22,468 nt of DNA. Origin: Pseudobdellovibrionaceae bacterium (GTDB lineage: Bacteria; Bdellovibrionota; Bdellovibrionia; Bdellovibrionales; Bdellovibrionaceae). Of this stretch, positions 1-6,357 are shown piece by piece (position 1 is the stretch's first letter; every line of letters starts with the position of its first letter). Below the pieces are notes generated by a model, which was not told the DNA's origin, ran no database searches, and was given only the letters and a program-made list of their open reading frames with translations. The position numbers were made by a program, and so were the translations under genes. The DNA lies in NCBI GenBank assembly GCA_039810425.1, contig JBDHWW010000044.1, positions 1 through 22,468 on the forward strand, read 5' to 3'.

Positions 1-119
1 CCTTTGCCTTTACCAGTTGATTTAGTCAGTGCGGTGAGTGAGTGTCCTTCGCGAAGGCCTTCGACGATTTTTCGGTCCACTGTGATTCTCTCCAAGTCCT
101 TTTTTCTGAGTTTCCGCAT
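1..119 (-). CDS. Probable transposase (IstA-like) N-terminus, truncated by the window edge
   Basis: Not in the ORF track. ATG at 119 is preceded by AAGGAATACGC and translates as MRKLRKKDLERITVDRKIVEGLREGHSLTALTKSTGKGK..., resembling an N-terminal HTH of IstA-type transposases. It lies just inside the repeat-bearing end. Confidence 0.6.
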   Translation of the reverse strand, partial: MRKLRKKDLERITVDRKIVEGLREGHSLTALTKSTGKGK

Positions 120-209
120 GCGTATTCCTTGCTGTAGTCTGGTTGTTAAACCAGCAGCTTAGCGCATGGGATCAGATGGAGAAAATGTGCTGAAAACGTA
201 AGCAATTGC

Positions 210-300
210 CCGGTCAAATTAGGTGGGATTTACTTCCCCCAAAGCCGGTCCACTTACGTGGGATTTGCCCCCCTTGAAACCGGTCAAACTACGTGGGATT
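210..300. repeat. Three 21-bp direct repeats (putative transposase-binding sites)
   Basis: CCGGTCAAATTAGGTGGGATT (210-230), CCGGTCCACTTACGTGGGATT (245-265) and CCGGTCAAACTACGTGGGATT (280-300), separated by 14-bp C-rich spacers. Confidence 0.95.
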
Positions 301-313
301 GGACACTCCGGCC

Positions 314-1396
314 ATGTCAGTACTTAAAAATCTAAATGTCTTCCATCTTGCTTCGCTTATCTGTATTGGCGCTTTTGCGCTTTTAAAACTGGCTGATACT
401 CTCAGTATCGGCATGGTGATTTTGACCGGCCTATTATTCGCGGTCGCAGTTTTAACCTCGATCCATCACGCTGAAAGTATCGCTGAAAAATTCGGCCCCG
501 CTTTAGGAACCTTGATCCTTGCAATCGCAGTCACAGTCATCGAAGTGGGCCTTATCGTAAACATGATGGCGACAGCCGCGTCGGGTGGGGCTGAAATCGC
601 CCGCGACACGGTTTTCTCGGCAGTGATCGTCGTCACCAACGGCATTACCGGATTTTGCTTTCTTCTCGGGGGACTTCGTTACAAAGAACTCGGCTTCCGC
701 GTCGAGGGAACAAGTTCTCTTCTTGCCGTGCTAGCGACACTCGTAACGATCAGCTTGGTACTTCCGAACTTCACAACCACAACACCGGCAGCAACCTACT
801 CCAGCGCCCAGCTTGTTTTCGTTTCAATCGTGTCGGTGATTTTATATGCGGCTCTCTTGATTGCGCAGACGGTGACTCATAAAGACTACTTCGCAGAATC
901 AGATACACAGAAAGAAATCATCCACACCGAACAGCCTTCGGGAATCATGACCTTGTTAAACGCAATCTGCCTGATCATCAGCTTGATGGCGGTGATTGGT
1001 CTGGCAAAAACACTGAGCCCGTCTATCGAAAGCGGCCTCGTCGCCGTGGGCGCACCGAGATCCACACTCGGTATTATCTTGGCATTGTTAGTCTTGTTAC
1101 CGGAAGCAGGCTCTGCCCTGAAGGCGGCACGTGCGAACCAACTGCAGACAAGTTTGAACCTAGCTCTCGGCTCAGGCGCAGCCAGTGTGGCTTTGACGAT
1201 TCCAGTGATCGCCTTCTACTCTATCTTCGCAGAAAAACAGGTAGCCCTCGGCCTCGACGCCAAAGGCATGGCCTTCCTCGCACTTACATTCATAGTAAGC
1301 GGCCTTACCCTCGGCACAGGAAAGACAGCAGCACTAAAGGGCATCGTGCATCTAGTGATCCTCTTCTCGTATATCTCGCTAACGTTCATGCCGTAG
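314..1396 (+). CDS. chaA: Ca2+/H+ antiporter, ChaA/CaCA family
   Basis: About 10-11 hydrophobic segments; motifs HHAE..A...G...GTLILAIAVTVIEV, ARDTVFS, LLPE and NQLQTSLNLALGS are typical of ChaA-like antiporters. The ORF-track GTG at 293 lies inside the IS end, so ATG 314 is preferred. Confidence 0.85.
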   Translation: MSVLKNLNVFHLASLICIGAFALLKLADTLSIGMVILTGLLFAVAVLTSIHHAESIAEKFGPALGTLILAIAVTVIEVGLIVNMMATAASGGAEIARDTVFSAVIVVTNGITGFCFLLGGLRYKELGFRVEGTSSLLAVLATLVTISLVLPNFTTTTPAATYSSAQLVFVSIVSVILYAALLIAQTVTHKDYFAESDTQKEIIHTEQPSGIMTLLNAICLIISLMAVIGLAKTLSPSIESGLVAVGAPRSTLGIILALLVLLPEAGSALKAARANQLQTSLNLALGSGAASVALTIPVIAFYSIFAEKQVALGLDAKGMAFLALTFIVSGLTLGTGKTAALKGIVHLVILFSYISLTFMP

Positions 1397-1533
1397 GATT
1401 AAGCATTTTCCGTTGAGGAGAAGTTGAGAAACCTAGACCTTCGTCTAAATTATGTAAGCTCCTGGAAAACCTGATTTGTAAATCGAATGCTCCCATAAAA
1501 ACAATAACATGTTTTTATAAATAATGAGTATTT

Positions 1534-1821
1534 ATGAAGTTAGTTTGTTTAACGACGATGTTATTGGCGGCCTCAATCTCTTGGGCGAAAGGCGTCGAGC
1601 CCAAAAAACTCGATCGTAAAGATTGGTCCCAGTGGCCGAGTTGCAGCGACACTAGTTGGAACAACATGGTTGCCAACTATAAACTAACTTGTCCCAATCT
1701 TGGACTGGATACAAAATGGTGGGGTCGAATACTTTTGTCAGCAGACTTTGAAGTCAGTGCTTTTTTTATTGGCTGGCCCACTTCCTTAGTTTCTCAAAAG
1801 AGTCCTTTTCATTATAAGTAA
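1534..1821 (+). CDS. Hypothetical secreted protein, possibly truncated or a pseudogene
   Basis: Signal-peptide-like N-terminus (MKLVCLTTMLLAASISWA) in an AT-rich context. The 3' end runs through a terminator-like hairpin and overlaps the convergent ORF. Confidence 0.45.
   Translation: MKLVCLTTMLLAASISWAKGVEPKKLDRKDWSQWPSCSDTSWNNMVANYKLTCPNLGLDTKWWGRILLSADFEVSAFFIGWPTSLVSQKSPFHYK
1740..1767 (+). terminator. Putative intrinsic terminator inside ORF 1534-1821
   Basis: AGCAGACTT-TG-AAGTC(AG)TGCT stem with a 2-nt bulge, running into a T7 tract at 1761-1767. Confidence 0.45.
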
Positions 1822-2041
1822 GATCTTTCCAGCTTCTGCCTGTAAGTTGCGGATAAGATTCCACGACAGCCTGAACGATTCGTTGTTTTGCGATCAGACT
1901 GATATTCATGCCGTCGATGACGGATTCTAATTTTTGCAGATTCAAAATTTCACGCAAGCCAGATAGCTGACTGACGTTAGATTTTGTTATTTGCATTTGC
2001 GCCAGCGCTCGATCTATTTGATCTTTATTACCCTGTAGCAT
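1766..2041 (-). CDS. Hypothetical protein (~91 aa)
   Basis: Helical-looking ORF MLQGNKDQIDRALAQ...KWASQ. ATG 2041 is preferred over GTG 2077, which abuts a terminator. No family recognised. Confidence 0.5.
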   Translation of the reverse strand: MLQGNKDQIDRALAQMQITKSNVSQLSGLREILNLQKLESVIDGMNISLIAKQRIVQAVVESYPQLTGRSWKDLTYNEKDSFEKLRKWASQ

Positions 2042-2082
2042 GGAGTAGTTTAGATTTATATTCGTGCAGAACCGCACAAAAT

Positions 2083-2115
2083 AAAAAAGGCCCCGAGTTT
2101 CCTCAGAGCCTTTTT
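2083..2115 (-). terminator. Intrinsic terminator of the phaR-like gene
   Basis: Minus strand GGCUCUGAG-GAAA-CUCGGGGCC-UUUUUU, with a GNRA loop and G-U pairs valid on the minus strand. A T5 on the other side suggests it may be bidirectional. Confidence 0.85.
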
Positions 2116-2149
2116 GAACTACGAAAAGCTTTTCTAAAATGATTGGATT

Positions 2150-2701
2150 CTAGTTGTTCAAGCTTGGGTTGCTGGAAGGAAGATTTGGAGTTTCCTCTTC
2201 GTTCTGAGCACCAGGAAGAACAGTTGCCTTTTCAGCAGCTGCTTTCGCAGTTGTATCTGGATTGTAACGAGTCGCTGCATTAGCAACGCGGTTCTCAAGA
2301 TTTTGTTTCACGTCGTCAGCAGAAACGCGCTCAACATTTGCAATGTTAGCTGCTTGCTTAGTCATGTAGTCTTGAGGGAACGCACCCAATTTAGCGAGGT
2401 AGTTAGAAATGCTACCGTTGCCGTTTTGGATGATTTCGCGAAGTGTGAAAAGAGGAGCGTATTGAGATGCTTTCTTTTCAGCTTCGAAAATGATTTGAGT
2501 CAATGTTGCAGCAGTAATGTCGTTTTTAGACTTGTTGTCGATAACCATTACTTCTTCGTTTGTACGAATCATTTTAGCGATATCGTCCAAAGTCACGTAG
2601 CAAGATTGCTGAGTATCATAGAGCTTTCGGTTTTGATAGCGCTTGATAATTTTGACTTTTGAGTTTTGTTTAGAAGTCAGTGTTTCGTTTTGGTTGATCA
2701 A
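2150..2701 (-). CDS. PhaR-like polyhydroxyalkanoate synthesis regulator (PHB accumulation DNA-binding domain) with a low-complexity C-terminus
   Basis: IIKRYQNRKLYDTQQSCYVTLDDIAKMIR...VIDNKSKNDITAATLTQIIFE matches the PhaR N-terminal signature (IKKY.NRRLYDT..S.YVTL...D..TG.D.T..TL.QII.E). TTG 2701 follows GGGAGG; alternative start ATG 2713. Confidence 0.85.
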   Translation of the reverse strand: MINQNETLTSKQNSKVKIIKRYQNRKLYDTQQSCYVTLDDIAKMIRTNEEVMVIDNKSKNDITAATLTQIIFEAEKKASQYAPLFTLREIIQNGNGSISNYLAKLGAFPQDYMTKQAANIANVERVSADDVKQNLENRVANAATRYNPDTTAKAAAEKATVLPGAQNEEETPNLPSSNPSLNN

Positions 2702-2868
2702 AGTGCCTCCCATTGGAAAGTCTACTTGGTTTTTGAATTTACTCTTTCAGGACCTGCCTTAGTATTTGGCAAAAATCCCGACCCCTTTTAGTTTCCTGCT
2801 GCATCAAAAATCTACAGGAACTTGTTTTACTCAGCACTCTGTTGACTCATAAAGCGGCAGTTGGCGGC

Positions 2869-2897
2869 AACCTAACCCCACCGCCACCCCTTGTCAA
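2869..2897 (-). promoter_or_regulatory. Sigma70-type promoter for the phaR-like gene
   Basis: Minus strand TTGACA (2897-2892), 17 nt, TAGGTT (2874-2869). Confidence 0.6.
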
Positions 2898-2902
2898 GGG
2901 GT
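2886..2902. promoter_or_regulatory. Perfect inverted repeat over the -35 box (candidate operator)
   Basis: ACCCCTTG-T-CAAGGGGT. Confidence 0.45.
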
Positions 2903-3003
2903 CGTAATCTCAAATAAAAAAACGCCATGCGACATAAAGTTTGACAATTAAACAGGCATTTTCGGTGAATGGAAAAAATTTATTTGGGTAAGGATTAAAG
3001 GCC

Positions 3004-3031
3004 TAAAGTTTAGTTTTTGACTAGCCGAAAC
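3004..3031 (+). promoter_or_regulatory. Putative FliA (sigma28) promoter of the pseudopilin gene
   Basis: TAAAGTTT-N12-GCCGAAAC versus the consensus TAAAGTTT-N11-GCCGATAA. Confidence 0.55.
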
Positions 3032-3068
3032 GCTAGTTATCACAAACTCTTTGCGAGCCGGTAATTTA

Positions 3069-3575
3069 ATGAAAAATCAATTAAATCATGGACTTATATA
3101 TAAGAACATTGTCTTTATGTCGAGTCTTGTGGGCCTCCTCGGTTTTATGGCGGTTCCCAGTTGGACAAGGCAAAGGGAAGAAGACCGGGTCGTGAGCGCT
3201 AGGCGCCATGCCGAAGTCCTCGGGTACCAAATATTTGAAATTTATCGCGAGGCAGCAAGAAATTCACATCCAGAAAGTACAAACTCTCGCGCTCCAGCTT
3301 CCGTAGGCACTTCAGAGGGCGAGGTGCTGAATTTTCATGATGCAGGCAGTATCGGCAATGATCCCTGGGGCCAGCCGTATCGTTACAAGATTCTCAGTGC
3401 GAGCACGACCAATACTGGGGAGCCAATGAAAGTTCAGATTTGGTCGGCAGGGCCTAACAAGATCTTTGAAACCGACGACAAGCCTGGCGCGGCTGCAGCA
3501 ACCTATACGGGAGATGACGTTGGCGTGGTGCTCTCGGTGAACCACATCCTAGACACCAAGCCAGCAGAGCTATAG
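3069..3575 (+). CDS. GspG-like (type II secretion / type IV) pseudopilin-domain protein
   Basis: N-terminal hydrophobic helix after NHG, and DPWGQPYRY...WSAGPN...GDD matching the GspG C-terminal domain. ATG 3069 is preferred over TTG 3051. Confidence 0.7.
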   Translation: MKNQLNHGLIYKNIVFMSSLVGLLGFMAVPSWTRQREEDRVVSARRHAEVLGYQIFEIYREAARNSHPESTNSRAPASVGTSEGEVLNFHDAGSIGNDPWGQPYRYKILSASTTNTGEPMKVQIWSAGPNKIFETDDKPGAAAATYTGDDVGVVLSVNHILDTKPAEL

Positions 3576-3625
3576 GACCTAAGTCGCAATTAATCTGATC
3601 TGACTATAAATTCAGCAATTTCGTT

Positions 3626-3651
3626 TAAGCACCGCTCTGGAGGCTCCGAAA
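3626..3651 (+). promoter_or_regulatory. Putative FliA (sigma28) promoter of the TPR lipoprotein gene
   Basis: TAAG-N16-CCGAAA, the same geometry as AAAG-N16-CCGAAA at 3005-3030. RBS TAAGGAG precedes ATG 3675. Confidence 0.5.
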
Positions 3652-3674
3652 AGTCATATGACTAAGGAGTTTTC

Positions 3675-5534
3675 ATGCTTCACCGCTCAACACAGTCCGC
3701 GCTTATAGTGACAGCCTTGCTTACGCTACTCTCTGCCTGCGCAACAACGCCGGATTCAGATAAAGCTCAGTACTATGATGCGGCTTTCAACGATAAGAAT
3801 CGTGCGCCGGCGGCTTTCACTCCGCAGCTTCTCACGGGTGGTGAGGGAACAACGACCGTGTTGGATCCTCTTTATCTCCGCACGCAAGCGGACTATTACT
3901 TCGCGATGGGTGAGTCTTACAGCCTTGATGGCAACCACAGTAAAGCGATTGACGCTTTCAAGATGACTTTGCTCTACGATCAAGATTCGGCAATGGTCAA
4001 CATCCGCTTGGCGACGGAGTACTTTAAAACGGCTCAGTTCACAGAAGCTTTGACCCAGGCGGAAGAAGCGATTCGCAAAGATCCAAAAAACACTGACGGT
4101 CGTTTGCTCTTGGGTGGTTTGTATCTTTCTTTGAAACTCTTCCCGAAAGCAATTGCCCAGTACGAGTTTGTTTTGAAGACTCAACCGAACAACATTGAAG
4201 CGCCAGTGTACTTGGGTGCTGCTTATACCGAGCTTAAACAGTACGACAAGGCAGTAAAGTTCTTCGAGGCTTTGTTGAAGAATGAAGACTATGCAACTCC
4301 GCACTTGGCTTGGTACTATATTGGACGTGTTCGTGCCGACCAAAAGGGTGAGAGTTTCCAAAAGGCGGCGATCAAAGCCTATCAAAAAGCGATTGAGTTG
4401 AAGCCGGACTTCTTGGATGCTTATCAAGCGATTGCGTCTTACTACATCCAAAAAGGTCAAGAAGGCCAAGCGTTGGCCCTCTATAAGAAATATCAGAAGG
4501 AACAGGGTCCCAGCGCAAAAGTGGCCGAGATCCTCGCACAAATGTACGTTGAAAATGAACAGTACGATCTGGCTTACGAGCAATATCAAATTCTTGAAGG
4601 TAGCTCTGAGGACACCCTCAACATCAAACTTAAAATGGCTTTGATTTTGATTGAAAGAAAAGACTTCGCGAAAGCCGCTGCGAAATTGGAAGACATCCTC
4701 CGCGATGCTCCCGAGTCGGACAAAATCCGTTTCTACTTGGCCGCGGTTTACGAAGAGACCAAAGAGTTCGACAAGGCCGTTGCGCAGTTTAAGAAAATCC
4801 CGGCTGCCAGCCAGTTCTATGGCGAAGCAATGGTTCACACGGCTTACATCATGAAGAACAAAGGCCGCGTCAATGAAGCGATTGACGTGGTGGAAGGCGC
4901 CTTGAAAGAACGTAAAGACCAAGCTCAGCTCTATGCGATGTACGCTTCATTGCTTGATGAGCGCGGTGATTACAATAAAGCATTGAATATGCTGACGGAC
5001 GCGGTCGAGAAGTTCCCCGAGAGTGCACAGTTACGATTTTACTATGGCACTCTTTATGATCGCACCGGTAAAAAAGACCGTGTGATCACGGAAATGAAAA
5101 AGGTGTTGGAGCTGGACCCGAAGCATGTTCAAGCAATGAACTACTTGGCGTTCACTTGGGCAGAAGGCAACACGAACCTTCCGGAAGCGGAAAAGATGGC
5201 TCGTAATGCTCTCGTGATTGAACCAAAAGACGGGTACATCATGGATACCCTTGGCTGGATCTTGTATAAACAGGGTCGTTTTAACGAGGCTGTGAAAGTT
5301 TTGGAGGCCGCTTTTAAAAATCAATCGTCAGTGAGCATTATCGCCGAACACTTGGGCGATGCGTACTATAAGCACCAAATGATTGAGAAAGCGAAAAAAA
5401 TGTACATCAAGGCCGCAGACCTTGAATCTGATTCAAAAAAGCTTGAAGGCATCCGCGCAAAGATCACGGCAATTGAAAAACAACAAATTCCTACTGAACT
5501 GCGCATGCCGGCATCCGCGGGAACTGACCGCTAA
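3675..5534 (+). CDS. Tetratricopeptide-repeat lipoprotein (LbcA/PA4667-like)
   Basis: Lipobox LLSAC, many TPR units, and a C-terminal AMNYLAFTWAE...YIMDTLGWILYKQG...IAEHLGDAY typical of this TPR family; strong RBS. Confidence 0.85.
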   Translation: MLHRSTQSALIVTALLTLLSACATTPDSDKAQYYDAAFNDKNRAPAAFTPQLLTGGEGTTTVLDPLYLRTQADYYFAMGESYSLDGNHSKAIDAFKMTLLYDQDSAMVNIRLATEYFKTAQFTEALTQAEEAIRKDPKNTDGRLLLGGLYLSLKLFPKAIAQYEFVLKTQPNNIEAPVYLGAAYTELKQYDKAVKFFEALLKNEDYATPHLAWYYIGRVRADQKGESFQKAAIKAYQKAIELKPDFLDAYQAIASYYIQKGQEGQALALYKKYQKEQGPSAKVAEILAQMYVENEQYDLAYEQYQILEGSSEDTLNIKLKMALILIERKDFAKAAAKLEDILRDAPESDKIRFYLAAVYEETKEFDKAVAQFKKIPAASQFYGEAMVHTAYIMKNKGRVNEAIDVVEGALKERKDQAQLYAMYASLLDERGDYNKALNMLTDAVEKFPESAQLRFYYGTLYDRTGKKDRVITEMKKVLELDPKHVQAMNYLAFTWAEGNTNLPEAEKMARNALVIEPKDGYIMDTLGWILYKQGRFNEAVKVLEAAFKNQSSVSIIAEHLGDAYYKHQMIEKAKKMYIKAADLESDSKKLEGIRAKITAIEKQQIPTELRMPASAGTDR

Positions 5535-5546
5535 GAACATTATTCC

Positions 5547-5576
5547 TTGTCAAATCTGAAAGCGCTTCATTATCCT
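5547..5576 (+). promoter_or_regulatory. Sigma70-type promoter, probably yielding a leaderless mRNA
   Basis: TTGTCA-N18-TATCCT, with the -10 box ending 7 nt before ATG 5584 and no clear SD sequence. Confidence 0.45.
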
Positions 5577-5583
5577 TGAGATC

Positions 5584-6216
5584 ATGAAGCGTTTATTTTT
5601 TTTATTGCCGTTGATAGGTCTTTTCATTTCATGCACCACGGTTCCTAAAGCGCCATCGGTTGCGCCGGGCAGTGTGAAGCAAGCCCAATGGGATACCAAA
5701 GCTGTCATTCGAGATACCAAAGCCAACAAATCTCACTCTGTGGATATTGAAATTGCCGGAGACTATCCAGCAAGACTCCGCATGGATGTGAAAGCATTTA
5801 TGGGAACGTCCGTCGCAAGCTTGGCTCTGAACAATGATGATATTCGCTACGTGATCTATCCCCAGAAAAAATTCTTTGAAGGAAAGGCGAATGAAGGTTC
5901 GTTCATGCCTTTGATGAATGTCCCTCTTCACCCGCGGAATTTCATGAGCATTGCTTATGACCTCCCCATGAGAGGATCCGGCTGGGAGTGCAAAAAGGAC
6001 CCGGCGGGTTTACCGAGTGAGTGTGACCAGGCTTCGAAGGGCGTCAAAGTCCAATGGACTGACCGAACCCCTGAGGGGCAGAAGAAAGTACTCATCAGTG
6101 GGCCCACCTTCGAGATGAGATGGCTCTTTAAGCCTCCCCAGACTGAGGTCCAGTTCAAGGATGAAACGTTCTCTCTTGAGCCTCTGCCTGAGTTCAAAAC
6201 AATACAGCTCAAATAA
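5584..6216 (+). CDS. Lipoprotein, LolB/LolA-fold-like (DUF4292-like)
   Basis: Lipobox FISC; beta-rich 210 aa with RLRMDV..FMG...ASL resembling LolB-fold proteins; lies downstream of the TPR gene as in the TPR-lolB arrangement. The fold assignment is inferred. Confidence 0.55.
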   Translation: MKRLFFLLPLIGLFISCTTVPKAPSVAPGSVKQAQWDTKAVIRDTKANKSHSVDIEIAGDYPARLRMDVKAFMGTSVASLALNNDDIRYVIYPQKKFFEGKANEGSFMPLMNVPLHPRNFMSIAYDLPMRGSGWECKKDPAGLPSECDQASKGVKVQWTDRTPEGQKKVLISGPTFEMRWLFKPPQTEVQFKDETFSLEPLPEFKTIQLK

Positions 6217-6286
6217 ACATAAGAGTTAATACTTAAAAATTTATTAAAGAGTTTCTAACCATCTTAGATTGAGATAGCATCTATAT

Positions 6287-6315
6287 ATAGAGGGGCCTCA
6301 TTGCCTCTCTATTTT
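6287..6315 (+). terminator. Terminator-like hairpin between the lipoprotein gene and prkA
   Basis: ATAGAGGGGC-CTCATT-GCCTCTCTAT followed by a short T run. Confidence 0.5.
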
Positions 6316-6357
6316 GAGCCACTAGACCGTGGAGCAACTCTTCACAAGGAGTGTACT

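Larger units (their letters stand above)
1..305 (-). mobile_element. Left end of an IS21-family-like (Mu/TnsB-type DDE) insertion sequence, continuing beyond the window start
   Basis: On the minus strand the end reads 5'-TGTCCAATCCCACGTAGTTTGACCGG from 305. Three 21-bp direct repeats sit at a 35-bp period, and an inward-reading ORF with an RBS starts at 119. A TG terminus with multiple internal repeats is characteristic of IS21 ends and also of Tn7-like ends. Confidence 0.75.

Noticed and set aside
210..300. Mini-CRISPR array interpretation of the three repeats
   Set aside because: The repeats are only 21 bp and degenerate, the spacers are 14 bp and similar to each other, and there are no cas genes. 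The TGT terminus and adjacent ORF fit a transposon end better.
293..313. ORF-track GTG start for chaA
   Set aside because: It lies within the terminal repeat of the mobile element.
2941..2970. Plus-strand TTGACA as a sigma70 promoter for the pseudopilin
   Set aside because: No acceptable -10 box at 16-18 nt spacing.
3756..4922. 388-aa antisense ORF within the TPR gene
   Set aside because: Shadow ORF of a real gene, with no recognisable motifs; explained by codon bias.
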